DNA from: Oikopleura dioica
Lineage: Eukaryota > Animalia > Chordata
Length of the DNA stretch: 64,000 bases
Direction of reading: 5' to 3'
Assembly (NCBI GenBank): GCA_907165135.1
Contig: OU015569.1
Location: 12,586,001-12,650,000 of the forward strand
Within the stretch, counting starts at the first letter, position 1, and each line of letters opens with the position of its first letter. Position numbers and translations under genes: made by a program. The notes beneath the pieces were generated by a model. It was not told where the DNA came from, searched no databases, and worked only from the letters and a program-made list of their open reading frames with translations. Of the stretch, positions 29,801 to 43,300 are shown piece by piece.

Positions 29801-31785
29801 TATTTTTTCTCCTCTTTTTTTTGCGTACGGCAGTGCTGCAGTTGAGTAGATCTGGCGGCGTTATGAGAACTTGATTTTACCTAAAAAAGACCGACTATTG
29901 ACCGCGACTATTAATTTTGCTGGTTGATTAGAGTGGCGCCGATTTTCCATCTGATTCTCATCAATTATTCTTTTACTTTCGACTTGATCGAAAAGTGAAG
30001 GATCAAGTGTTAGAGAATCAGGCCAGCAAAACCTGTAAATCAAATTCTCCCGACTCTTTTTTTGACAAATCTACGGTCAAAGTCGAACTCGTTTCGAGCA
30101 TTGATCTCAAATCAGAATCTTCAATTTTAATCCAAAGTTCATTTTCAGGGTGTCAACATAGGAATATCTTTTTACATCCTTTGAACACCAATTAAGATCT
30201 TTAACGGAATCGAAAAGCCGCTTTCTGCCGCTTTGAGCAGAAAGACGTGCAAAAGCCGCAGTTTATGTGGCTTAAGTTTTCTTTTACAGGGACGCTTTGC
30301 TGACCTAAAATAAGGCCATTGCCATTTTAATTGTAGAACTGACTCAAGCCGAGAACCCGCTTGCAACTTCGAGCAAAAAAAGTTAAAAAGCCGGAGAAGC
30401 ACGGCTATTATATTTGTTCTTTGAAGCCGCAAGCGTATTCTCGAGTTGAATCAGTTCTACAGTTAGCTTGATGATACCTTTATTTACTGTAAGAAAAGCT
30501 TCCCCTTCAAATAAAATTCAAGCCGCGCAAAGAGCGGCTCTTTTTTGTCTTTTTGCGCGAAGCCGCAAAAGCCAATTCTGTACCCAGTACTTCATTTGCT
30601 CCCTTTTTACCTCTTTTTTAATAATTTTCTAGCGGTATTGAAAATGGATGTTAACTTTTCTTTTGAACTTTTTCAAAATCGTGTAATACTCTCTTTCATT
30701 TGAATCTACTTTTGATTGTGATTTCGGCGACTAGATGGCGTTATCGATGCTAATTAATAAATTTTAAATCGGTGGACAGATTGAATCGACGATTCGGCCA
30801 TCAGTTTTCATGTTTCGGGCTGTAACACTCTTTTAATTTTAATTCAGTCTTTTTCGCTGATTTTACGGCGTTCTTTCGAAGTCGCATTTCTTTAATTTTC
30901 TTTAAAAAATTGAATATTAATCAAAACACTCAGTTATAAAGAAATGAGTAGTTTAGGGGTTAATACTGGCCTAACGCTCGGGAACCTGTGTGGGAAACCT
31001 GAGTCAGGGTTCGGAAGGACTGAAAAACAAATTTATAATAGCTCTTTTGGGACCCTGACTCAGGTTTTCTTCACAGGTTGCCAAGCCAAGGTCGTTGTTT
31101 TTGAGCGGAAATAAACCTGCTTGGCTGCTTGATAAAAACTCAAAAAAGCTCTTGACAGGAGAAGGATTAAATTATCTAGTTCAACCCTCAACCACTTGGA
31201 TTTAACATTTTTCTTCAGTGGAAAAGCCGAAAAACTCGATCAACCAAAACCAAAAAGCCAAAAAGAAGAGAACGCCTCTCCAAAGAAAGTCCCAAGCGCT
31301 GCCAATCTTTCCGCTGCTGTCAGATCTGCCGATTCAAACTCTAGTTCAAATTCAGCTTCCAAAACCTCGCAAATTTCAAATAACGAGCCCTCCGCGCTAT
31401 TGTCTTTAGGAGCGCAGTACAGGTAAACTTTTACTGGCTTTATATCTCCACATGGACTCGGCAACCCGTGTAGAAACCTGAGTCAGGGTCCTTAAAGAGC
31501 TCTAATCCGTCAAGGATAGCGTCGCGAAAGCCGCCTGCGGCTTTTGAGTAAAAAAAACGCCTTAAAAGGTAGATTCTCGTGGCTTTTCCTCGAAGCCGCA
31601 AGCGGCTTTTCGGTTTTAACTAGTTCTCGAACGGGTCCTTGATTTCATTGGCTCGCGTGTCAACTCAAAATTCTAGCGACTCCGACGACGACGAAAGAAA
31701 AAACAGCGACACAAGTGACTCTGACGAAGACTCCGACGGCGTCGAACTCAGGCCGAGCTCAAACGAGCAAAAACTCGAAAACTAA
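26889..31785 (+). CDS. PSME3IP1: FAM192A/NIP30 (PSME3-interacting protein 1) homolog
   Basis: FFSEKE..RQKEWERVRKPNDPKEAP, AR|PLHQQLEEN, LK|NQIRGLNEDETAYL, C-terminal LGAQYS|DSDDDE..SDSDEDSD. The junction between about 27790 and 31215 is unresolved. Confidence 0.85.
27905..28240. repeat. Two tandem hairpin units of about 185 bp carrying ATTGG/CCAAT motifs
   Basis: TTGATAATGAA..TTTCCATC.AAGG / CCTTGGATGGAAA..TTCATTATCAAA, repeated in diverged form. Confidence 0.65.
28740..29010. repeat. AGCTC/AGCTT pentamer satellite-like tract; related tract at 57790-57975
   Basis: Dense CAGCTCAGCTC / AGCTTAGCTC units. Confidence 0.75.
29454..29559. mobile_element. Family-A MITE
   Basis: 8-bp flanks TAAGCGAG / CAAGCGAG. 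Confidence 0.85.
30972..31090. mobile_element. Family-A MITE
   Basis: AACCTGTGTGGGAAACCTGAGTCAGGGT / ACCCTGACTCAGGTTTTCTTCACAGGTT. Confidence 0.8.
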
Positions 31786-32249
31786 AAACCTCTTCGAAAA
31801 ACCAAAAAACTTAAAGCCGCTTTCCAAAACCACCGCCTTTATTGAGTTCTTCTCGCAGCGAATTCCTTGCTCTGGGCAGACTAGTCAGATTTGCTCACGG
31901 CCTCAAAGGCTGACTTTTTCCAGCTTGCAATAATTTATCGTTCATGAATTTAAAGAATGAACAAGTTCTTCTGTTTTAGATTGATTTTGTTGAAAAAAAG
32001 AAAGGAAGGAAAAGGAAGAACCAAAATAAATAAACGATCGCCTAGAAGCCCATGAAAATTTATCCAGCAAGATGTTGACGACTGAAAACTTCTCTTTAGT
32101 AAGACTCACTTTTCATCATAAATTAACTGCTATATCGACCCGAGGACACCTAAATTACTGGAAAGGGGTCTAAATGGGGGTTTCCGTATCAACCAAAAGC
32201 AAGAATTCTTTGTTTTAGCCAGTAAATACTACAAGAAACAAGCCCGCTT

Positions 32250-33811
32250 ATGTGGGTTGAAACCTGGTCCTAACGGTTCATTTCTAGCTGGCTGTTCTGA
32301 TACCTATCCACTTTTGCGCCGTCTTCGTTTTATTCCCGTCAATCCTCTCCCATGCCTCGATCGTCCCTTTGCTCAAAGACAAAGACTTCTTCTCCCGCCT
32401 CAGAATGGCCAACACCTGCTGCTCAACCTATGTCAACACAAGTACGTCCCCTCTTCCTCCCACCACCAATAATTTCAATTCTAGCGCTTGCTTTTCTATC
32501 CCTCTGGATTGTTTACAACGACGAAGAGACAATTAAAGATCCCGTGAATGGTAGTTCGCCAATCTCGCGATTTTCGCTCATTTTATCACTCAGGAATCGG
32601 ATCATTCAAGTACCTTTTTCTCGATCAGTTATTTTTTCTCAGAATTCGCTTGCTTTTCTCTCTCTTTTCTGGGCCCGTGTCTAGCAGTTCTAGACAAGAA
32701 CGAGAAATGACGCGATTTCGTCCGCAAATGCTAGGTTTACTACAGTTTAATTGAGACAGACGATGATCCAGGCTCTCAGCTTTCTTGCTTATGATATCCT
32801 GATACTCGCCCTACCTCTCATCAGACACCACTTTTTCCCAGACTACTCGGCCGAAGAAATGGCCAAAATGGACAAATCGCTTCAGTACTTGGTTGATGAC
32901 AGAATACAACCAAAGAGTGTCACTCCACTCAAAGTTCTCTTATGCAAGTAAGTTTGCACAAATTCACCTTTTTTAGGTCACCTAACCTAGAAAAGCCGGA
33001 TTTTTAATGAAATACAGCAGCTACAAATCAAACTTGTTAGTTAGGCTAGTAATTACGCCTTATTTCAGAGAATGGGACAACAAAAGTCCGAAGGAGCGCT
33101 ACTCCTTCCTCGGGCACCACTTGACGGCATTCCTGTCTTTCTGGTGGATCCTCTCTAATGACCAGCTTCTTTACCTTGCGAATCACAGACTCATTGCCGA
33201 GCTTTCAACGCCTTTCCTCAACCTCATGGTTCTAGCCGACAACATACCTTCAGTTCCTGTTTTATTTATTGACATCCTCAAGATTAGGTACAGTAATCTT
33301 TCCATATGCTATAGCTTCAAAATTGACGCATCATCTGACCTATCCGAGGTCATCTCACCTCAAATGATCTTGTATCTTGAGGTCAGGTTGCTTTAAAATG
33401 TCATATTTCGTTCAGAAAAAGGTCACATAACTTAGGATAACCTCAAGAATGAGCTATATAAAGTCAGGTGACATTTCCGTCCCTGCATGACCCCAAATGA
33501 CCTTCGAAGAGAGTCTGTTTGCCTTGATTAACCTTGATTTGCTACTAGTTCTAGTCATAAAATTCGATAATCAATAATTTCTGTTTTGTAGCTTCTCGAT
33601 CGTATTTATCTCCTGCCGAATGCTGACGGCTCCCTTCTTCTGGGGCACGGTGATTTCCGTCGACCTGGGCGACGTGCCCTTCTGGCCACGCATCCTCCAG
33701 ACTCTAGCGCCGGCTCTGCTCGACGTCCTCAACATCTACTGGGCGCAGAAAATCATCTACAAACTAATCAGAGCGCTAAAACGAGTCGAATCCAGCGTCG
33801 GATACGACTAA
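32250..33811 (+). CDS. TLCD4: TLC-domain membrane protein (TLCD4/TMEM56-like), includes a GA-AG intron
   Basis: RMANTCCST, DEETIKDPVNGSS, SL|SFLAYDI, FLGHH, LYLANHRLIAELSTPFLN, CRM, LLDVLNIYWAQKI. The start exon is tentative. Confidence 0.8.
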
Positions 33812-35300
33812 AATCTTACTTAAAATTTTAACTAAAAAATAATACAATTCAGCTTATCTAAAAGTTTAAAATATCATTTAGTATTCTTTTTGTCATTTTT
33901 AATTAATTATTATTTCTCGTGGAACATGTACTTACTGCGGATTCTTCAAGTGTCGTTAAAAAATTAAATAATTATTTAAAAAATTCAACAAAAATCGAAA
34001 CTAAAAAACGCCTATCCGTCAGAATTGTATTTACCGGAACACTTGAAACTTAAAAACACTCTTCCAATTTTAAATTGTTGATTTGGCTTCTCCCTTTCTC
34101 TTTCCGCGCGTGTAATTTTTCTATGTCACCCTGCATACACTGACAGTCCACTGTATCTCACAAGAAAAAGAAAAACTACTAAACTCACGAAAACTGATTC
34201 TGTCAAGAACGATTTTGAGGTTTCAGATCTAAAACAAGCACACTCCTTTTTGTTACGGGCCTTTTATAATCGACTTTTGAAACTGAGTTATCATGGTCAC
34301 ACTCTAATTTGATCGAACGTATGAACGTTGTTCCTCTCAAAGAAAAAATTAAGGGTCTCCCTTTTAAATTGAAAATTTTGGACTTGAACATCAAGCCTTT
34401 TTCAAATCCAAAATTTGAAATAATAAAGGGGACCCTTTATTTCTTGCTATGCTAGGGACTAAATAGAGGTTTAAATCCCATTCGTAAGAAAAAAGGTTGT
34501 CACTATGTTAACTCAGCTAGAAAACCGACCACGTGATGTGTCTATCCTTCCAACTTAACATCTAAAAGAATCAGTACCACAACAATATGTTACCTACTGG
34601 GTAGTTTTTAAAACTCAACTTGCTATTTTTCACTATTTCCCGACCCTCTTTTTACTATTTGAAATTCAAAAATGACTATTTTATTTTATTTACTATTTTC
34701 AATTTCCAATTTTACTATTTCATTCAAAGTAGCGAAAAACGTCACTTGTGTTTCCACTCGTTGAAAACTAAAAGAATTCTCGTATTCAAGCAATACAAGA
34801 AAAAGTCGACAAAGTGTTTATCCGTCTGTATTTATTATTATAAACAACAGTTTGTATTTTATCAAAGTGCAGTCTTTCACTAGAAAATCTGTTTTTTTCT
34901 GGAAGAAGTCATCTTTGCATTTTTCAACAATACCTCCGCTTGACCGTCAAGCTGCAAATAATATATTAAATAAACATGCTTGCCCAATTATCTAAATTAT
35001 CTCTGAAAAAGCTCTAGTGGACGATTTATATCTGATGAGATGTCTCAGTATTATATTTTCAGAAAGCGTTGACCCAGAGCTTTAACATTTGTCAGGGTCA
35101 TGTTCTTTTTAGGGTCAATTGAGGTCAGTTGACCCTTCAAAGGTCGCCTGAACTTGAAAAATGTGATAGCTATGGGTGTAAGATCTCTGAAAACATATGC
35201 TTGTGTCTAATATCTGTTACAGTTGCTCCTCTAGAACTTTTGTTCTCGAAGCAGATGGATAACATGATTCCCTCTTTCAGAAATTGTTTAAAATACAATA

Positions 35301-36195
35301 ATGCACGACATTGATTTGTCGAGACTTCCGATCGAGAAGGAATACTCGGAGAACATCAACAGAAGCATGCAAGTTCCATCGTCGATAACGTAAGCCCCAA
35401 ATTCAAAGCTGCTAGTAACATTGACTGTAAGCCAGTTTAGCGAGTAGCGGGGGGAGCAGTAGCGATTCCGAAAGTCGGCGAAGAAGCGGCGCTAGAACAA
35501 ACTCGACTCTGGAACTGATGAAGGCGCCGAAAGTCATTTCCCCTTTTGGAGCAGAAGAAGAGGCGGAAATTGAGCCGAGGAGCTTTTCGCCCGCTCGGGA
35601 AAGCTACAGGCACAAAAGAACGGCACACACAGGGAGAAGCGATCCTTGGGCTCATCTGCCGGCCACATACGAATTCGACAATTTGGAAATGAAGGCGCCG
35701 GCGAGAAGGATCAGAGCAGACTCCCGCGACGACGAAGGGACACCTCAGCGACCGACGATCCGGGGCATTTACTCGTCGAATTTTGAAGCGATGACGATGG
35801 CGAGCGAGGAGCTCTCGGATCTGAACGAACAGCTGCTCAAGGACCTCGACAAAACGGCGGAAAATGAAAAGCTGAGGAAGCAGATCTTCAAGATTAACAG
35901 AGTAAGTAATCTGTTACTTACTTGTCGCTTTCGGTTAGGGTTAGGGACCATGTGGCCTCGATTAGCAAAAGAAAGGTCAAGATAAGAACCTTGAGCCTTA
36001 TTATCTGAGCTCAATTGACCTCAAATATACCAAATATGATCGTAAAATATGGTAAGTTTACTAACTATCATTTCGCAGAAACTCCTGACGCACGAGAAGC
36101 AAATGGCGGCGATGCAGCAGAAACTGACGCTCTTCGCAGCAATCTTCGGCAGCGTCTGTCTCGGTGCGCTCATGTATCAACTTCGGCGTCCCTGA
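35301..36195 (+). CDS. MFF: Mitochondrial fission factor (tail-anchored), 3 exons
   Basis: EYSENINRSMQVP resembles MFF repeat 1 as I recall it. Coiled coil LRKQIFKINR|KL matches MFF LRRQIIKLNRRL. C-terminal TM (LTLFAAIFGSVCLGALMY) followed by LRRP*. Confidence 0.85.
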
Positions 36196-36642
36196 AGACT
36201 CCGTCAAATCTGCCAAAGAGCATTTTTAATTTATTTATGAAAAAAGGAAGATCCACACAATGTCATCCACAGTTCGTAAACTCACTTCTTTTCAACTCAA
36301 CCAATCGTGAACTCTTCAACAATTACTACTTTTATTTTTACTGTGCAAAACTTAATACTGTCTTGTCTTTTAAATTAATTCTTGCTTTTAAAAACTACTT
36401 TCAATAAAGATCAATTTATCCAGATTACAAAATTTTAGTCAAATTTATGCTCTGTGGAGGATAAATTGAAAAGTAACGAATTCAGACAGGCTGCATCACT
36501 TTTCAAGCAGGATTTTTATAGCAAACGAGATAAGGGGCTCCAATTTTAACGGTCAATTCCTCTCCGTTTGTACCCTTTTCACGGATTTACTCAACGAAAT
36601 TAGCAAGAACTTGAAAACTAAATCCATTGAATATTTGGCTTA

Positions 36643-37029
36643 GGGGGGTCGACGAGAATCGGGATTTTTCAACCAAAATTCCGGAAAAACCAGCATTGAA
36701 TGAAAAATTCTGATTGGTCAGGTGACTAGAAAAGGGTTTGAAAAATACAGCGGCGAAAACTAGAAAAAATTTGTCAAGAAAAATGGGCGTAATCGTGTCT
36801 CAAAGTGGACCCCAAATTGCAATTTTGCCAATTTTCCGATTTTTTCGCTATTTATTTTCTGTCACATTTAGTAATGGAGTGCACGAAATTCCTGCAAAAA
36901 CTCGGGAAACTCGTTGCCGCTGTCTTCTAAATACCCTTCTGTTCTCACGTGATAAGTCAAAATATATTTACAGAATCTGGTTTTTCGGGAAAATTGGTTT
37001 AAAAATTCTGATTCTCGTCGACCCGCCCC
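36643..37029. mobile_element. Kolobok-like MITE, same family as 11400-12059
   Basis: GGGGGGTCGACGAGAATC / GATTCTCGTCGACCCGCCCC|TTAA. Confidence 0.7.
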
Positions 37030-37333
37030 TTAAAAAATCGTTGTTGTCTCCGAAATCGCGAAAAGCATAGAATAATTTTTGTTTGAAATTGACAATGTTC
37101 GCTTTCCAAAAGTGGAGGGTTGGAGCGGAAGTGGCGAAACGTGCACCTGTACTTGCTTGTGCTAGTTGAGTGAGTCTGCCCAGCGGGCCCAGCCTGGCTT
37201 CTTCGATTGGCCCCTCCCGCGATGGAATGTCTTTGAGCAGGTGCACTCAACTATAAATTCTCTGCTCAACCCTTTTCTCGAATTAGCAGCAAACCGAAAA
37301 TCCACTCTAGAGAGCAACAAAACCAATTATGGC

Positions 37334-40300
37334 ATGAAGAAGCTACGAAGAGCGCTTTCCTTCTCCTCCCTCTCGGGAAAAGGTTCGTTCACTTTTTCTG
37401 CCTTTGTCGTGCTCATAAATAATTATCCAAAAACATAACCGTAAATCCCCTTTTCGATAATAATTAGATCATTATTAACCAACAACTATTTATACACTCA
37501 TTTTCAAGCTCGAAATAAGGGTATCTAAATAGCTTTTTGACGGTTTGATCGAAGGACTGTTTGCAATTACTGTATTTGATGTGGAGCAAAAGAGGATTTG
37601 CTCCAAGTAAACAGGCTCTGTTGGAAACGGTCTCGAGTAATTTATTAAATGGATCAATACATTCGAGGGCTTATCCAGGATTTTGATCTTCGGGAATTTG
37701 AAGATCCTTTTCAAACAAGAATTTTTGGAAAATAAATTAATCCACTCACTGAAATCACACGCTTTTTATTTGACTTTAATCCGGAAATCGGGCGAAAATT
37801 TATTACACGCGGCGCAGCGCAATCACTCTTGCAGAAAACACGCTCTTTTTTATTTTTATGAAATCTTGGAAATTAACTGTAAAACTGTAAAATTGAAATG
37901 CTCAGAGGAATATTTCAGCTTGGCAGGATTCTCAGGGACTTTTACTTTTTAGGTAATCATCTTCACAAGGCTTCCCAAAGGCGGTTAAAAATACTCTTGG
38001 CAGATAATACAGGTGACACCCTTAAATTTTTTTGCTTGTTTCTGTCTACTGGAGCATCCTACAGTACGTCTAAGTTTTCTAATCCACAGATAGAATAAAA
38101 GAGGAAACTTTTCTTGACTTGAATCATTAATATTAAGACGGTGACACCCTTAAAATCACTAGAAGCCATGATCAATTACAGTTGTACGCGATTCGAGACG
38201 AATCATTCGACTCAAGAAAGGCTTCCTCAACCTGGGAGCGGCAACCTGTGTAGAAGAATCTGAAAACCTGAGTCAGGGGCTTCCTTTCTTCAAAGGTCTT
38301 TCAAGGCCCTGATTCAGGTTCCAGCGCCCAGATTGAAGGATTTTTTGAGTCGAATGATTCGACACGAATCGCGTACAACTGTTACTGTAATTGATAGTGC
38401 CTTCTATCTGTAGACAGGAAGCCATAAATGACGCAGAAAGAGGAAAAGCGGAAATGGGCAAATTCTAAAACTGGTTCGAGCTGTTCCTTGGGAGGGCGCC
38501 GCAAGTCGGGGTTCCGAATCGCCAATCGAAATCACCGACGGGAAAAATTTTCTTCTCGTTTTTTTCTTTTTTCCCACGCGCCGAAAATGATTTTTAAAAA
38601 ATGAGTTTGGCGCATTGAATTTTCTGAAAAGAGAAAGTTGAAAACAAGAAAGAAAGAAAAAGAAAAGATTACAGTCAGATTACAGAGATTTTCGTAAAAA
38701 GAAAGAAAAAATGAATATTGCGCTTGATGGAGTTAAGAAATTGCGACAGCTTCAGAGTCAAGCTAATTTTACAGGTATTTTTATACAGAGAATCGTGAAT
38801 GGTAGTTCCCATGGAAATTAAGCTTGAATTCTAGAGCTTTTGTGATTATTACCAATCTAATGATTTTGATTGAAAAATAAAGACTTTGATTGATTATTTT
38901 TCTGAGCTGGGAACCTGACTCAGGGACAGGGACCCTGACTCAGGGTTAGGTCTTTTTCGAATTCTAGTGAAGGCGCGGTGCGGCTTTGTTTTTTAAAAAG
39001 CCGCTACGCGGCTTATTTTCAAGGGGTTTTCAGGACTCTCTGTACTAAGATTCCTGAGCCTAGATTTTTAGTAATTTTTTGTTGAATTATAAATTCTGAC
39101 TTCTGGAAATTGTTTTCCTGCCTCAATAAAAAGGGAAGTAAAAAGCGTAAAACCGTTAAATCGGGAAGATTTAATCTCGATCGGGAAAGAAAGGAAAAAT
39201 CGATCAGATTCTTCGATGATTTTTTTTGATGATTGTTACGCTTGGAAAGATTGATCACTCCAGATCGAAAAATAGCGCCTGGAATTCAATTTTTAGAAAA
39301 GTGTTCATTTTCTGCTCAAAAAGTCGGATCGATGGGTGATTCTTTCTGATCCCCTGCCTTTTTTTTTCTTCGTTGGATGATCCTGTCAGAATTTCCTTTG
39401 ATCTTTTGTCAATTAATTAAGAATCGATTATTTCTGAGCGCCAGTAAATAGAAATTGCCCCGCATTGACAGTAACACTGAAAACACTCCATTTTTTTCAT
39501 TTTCTTTCAGAAATTCTTCAAAAAAAGCCGCCGCCAAAAGCTGAAAACTTGAAAAAATCATTTTTGCGATTTTTGATTGATGATTTTTTTCGTAAACTTC
39601 CGCGGGCGATGAAGATGATTTGAAAGGCCCTGGTGATCTAAATTTAGAGGATTAAGGACTCCACTTCAAAACAGAGTGCCTTTTTCTTTCTTTTTTTTTG
39701 TTTGAAACTTTGTTGAAATTTGGCAAAAATTGAGAGCCTTATCGCTCTATTTTCATCTTCTTTATGAGCTAAACAGAGAGAGAGAGGTTAATAACCGGGA
39801 AGCCAGAGTTATTTTGGAGAAAGAATCGTTAATAATCGAAATTGATAATTCAGAGAAAGATGGGAGCAACGCACAAACGCCGCAGAATATGACTCCTACT
39901 AGAAGACCGCTTCCGAGACCAGGTACTGTAACTTACTATTTTGCATGATTTTTGGTTTTATTTTATTTGGTATGTTAACTTTTGGGATAAGCAATCTGAG
40001 TAGAAACCTAAGTCAGGGTCCTAAAAAAGCTTTTATAAAAAGCCGCAGATCGGTTATTTTTTTAAGAAAAATAAGGGTGTCACTACCTAAACTTTAAAAA
40101 GGGAAACCTACCCGGAACTAGGCTTGGCAACTTGCGTAGTAACCTGAGTCAGGGTCCTGAAAGATCTTTTAAAGATATTAATAATATAAAGCCACATTGC
40201 GGGTTTTTTTTTTTCAACAAAGCCGCAGAGCGGCTTCCCTAGAATTTAAAAATAGATTTCGATGATTAAAGATCTTCCAGGACCCTGACTCAGCCTACTT

Positions 40301-43300
40301 CCGGGTAAGTATTCTTTTTTAAAGTTAAAGTAGTGATACCCTTATTTTCTTTTTTAAAATTCGGGAATGAATATCTCCGATTTGTGAGTTTAAAAATTGA
40401 GAAGTTCAAGTTTTGACTAATTCTTAATTCAATTCGCTCGAGTCAAGAAGTGTTGAGCTTTTATTAGTTGCTCAGTATGAGCTCATCTGAGAGTGGAAAA
40501 GGGAGAAAGCGTCTCGCAGAAGTGATCCTCTCTTTTTTTTTCTCAGACAATAAAATAACTAATAGAATTCCAAGACACTTAGTAACAAGCAGAGAACATT
40601 CTTGGCATTTTGGGAAGAATGTGTTTTAGTCCAAAAAGCGCGAGAAAAAAACTGAGAAACTTCAGAAGAAGTAAGAGTCAGATTTGAGCTGATTGAGGAA
40701 CTTTTGATTTATGGCTTCTTTGTCATTCAAAATCTTTTTTAGTTAATTTTACATATTAACTAATAGCCCATTTCTATTAGGGATACCCTTCTTTTCCCGA
40801 GCAAAATGAAGTTTAATGTAGTTAAAATCAAGAAGCCGCTTGCGGCTTCGAGTCAAAGAGAAATTCTAGCGGCGCTAGGCGTGGCTATTTTATTCTCTTT
40901 GCTCGAAGCCGCAAGCGGCTTCTCGAAAATCAAATATTTGATGATTTTTTTTGGATAAAATGCTTTCAGAAACTCCACCGCCACCGTCGGTGGAGGAGGC
41001 TAGCCGAGCTCTAGAAGAAGCGCTGGAAGAAACATCCGGAATCGTCTTTTCTTCAAGCCAAAGTTCATCAAAGCCGCGGGAACCGCTGCGAAAACTGGAA
41101 CACAACTTGATCAGCTCCGACAACTCGCACAAGTACATCACCGAGCAGAGCTTGCTAGAAGGTACAATAACTCAGAAGTTAATAAGTAAAAAGAAAAGCG
41201 CGCAAAAGAAAAGAAAGATCTTCTTTTGTGGGCTGAGCTCCTTTGTGCGAGAAGGGATCATCCGCGCGATTTTTAATTTTCAGTTTCAGTCTCCGATGAA
41301 ACCATCACCAAAGAGAACCAGACATCTCCCAACAAGTAAGTAATGCTGTAATTCACCTTTTTTATAACACCAATTTAAAAAGGTTTGGAAAATACGGGAG
41401 TCCTTGTTGATTCCAAGTTTAGATTCACTGAAGAGGAGCGGCCTCTTTTAATCTGAATAAGTTAAGTTGGGCTCGACAACCTGCGTTAAAAACCTGAGTC
41501 AGGGTTTGAAAGAGCTTTATTAAAATATTTTATGATAGATTGAAATTTTAAGATTAGTAGTGGCTCTTCATTAGAACTCTTTCAGACCCTGACTTAGGTT
41601 TTCTACGCAGGTTGGCGAGCTCAGAAATTAAGGACCACCCTTGATAATATTTTGCATTTTTTTCCAAAATAAATCCAATTCGAAGCCTTTTTATCAGTGA
41701 ATTATAAAGTGTCCCTAATTGGATTATTGCTTCTGCAATATAATCTGATAATGAGTACTAATGCTTCTATTTAGCGACCAGAAATTCTGGCTGAGTGATC
41801 CCCGGCGAGGAGATGGCACAATTCAAGAGGACAATTCGCAAGAACTAGGCATGGGTTTTTTACTTTTCGAGTTTTGAATCAGCAAATATTTAAAAATGAG
41901 CTCATCTCTGCCTGCTCATCGGCGTAAATACGAGACATTGATTTTGTATCAAATTTTCGCATTAAAAATGCACCTGCATTTGTTTATTGCGCCCACCAGC
42001 ATGGGCTATTGATTTTTCAATCGCAAAAAACGCTAGAACAAAGGGCAAGTGGCCAACTTGCGCTTTTTGAGATTTTCGAGAAAAGTGACTTTTTACTTTG
42101 AAGAGAGCCAAAGCTTATTTTAACATATTCGAGTAAATCCCCACTCGCAGCCATCTTGAGCCTCTCGCCGAAGATTGGGCCAACACAGAGGAAGGAAAAT
42201 TTATCCAGCTCCACGCAGAAACTCCCACAGCTGTCCGTAAAGGTTCGTTTTTGGAATTCATTTACATTAGGAAAAAAATAAGAAAGAAAAATAGCCAAAA
42301 ATATATTCTTGCCAAAAAAAAGAGTCTTTTAGTTTAACTTAAGGGTATCCCCAAGTTAACAATTTTTTGCACTAGACCTCTTTTTGAGCTACATTAAGGT
42401 ACCAATATCGGATAGAGTCTTAAGGGTATAAGGGGCGAAATCGCTGTTTGAAAATTTGGTCAAGGCCGAGGGGGGATCCTTAAAAAAATCGTTTTTCTGA
42501 GCAATTTTTGAAAGCAAAAATTCAGGTTTTTGGACCTCCATCAGCGCGAAAAACGCCACTTGGCAGCGTCCAGAGTTTATCCTGCTCATCGCGGGTGGAA
42601 TCGTCTCAGCTGTTGAACCACTCCTCAAAGGTAAATGCACTGTCAAGTCAAAGTTCAGCCTTTTTACTGACATTTGATGCCATTTGCGCCAAGTTAATGG
42701 GCGTGCAAAGTTTAAAAAAGGGGCAAAATCATTCATGTAGCGCTCTTTTCTTTTTTTTGTCGACTCAGGTGGCCAAACACAAGAAAAAAAAAGAGCGAAA
42801 ATTATGATCTTAGGAAATTTAAAATTGACCCTTGATCGGATTTAGCAAGCGCTGAAGTGGAGCAGTAAAAGACAGTGGAAAAAAAATAAGAAAAAGAGAC
42901 GGTTTTCCGCCTCATCAATTTCACAAGTTCGAATGTTGTGCTTTTTCACGCCGAGTAAGCAACTCAAACTGTGTTCAAAGAGAAATAAGAGCCTTTTCTT
43001 CTTTTTTTTCACAGATTGGTGTTTTGTATCGTTACTGGTAGTTTACTGTAATTTCCAATGGAATTAAATTTTCATCTGTCAAAAAATTAATGAAAAACTC
43101 AAATTTTCCTCGCTTTTCAGACTAAAAATTGGTCTAAAAGCGGAATTTTTAGTCGAAAAATGCCCAAAAAAGTGTGTGAAATAAACAGTAGTAAAGCTGT
43201 ATTTGCAGATATTTTCGGTTTATCAATCAATTTGAAATTATAAAAGCGCAGCCGGGTCAGAGAGACGCCATAGCTGTCAAATAGTAAAATGCATGTGTCC

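Noticed and set aside
42017-42736. Minus-strand ORFs suggesting a gene nested in TANC
   Set aside because: The plus-strand frames have phase-compatible GT-AG ends and fit as TANC N-terminal exons.
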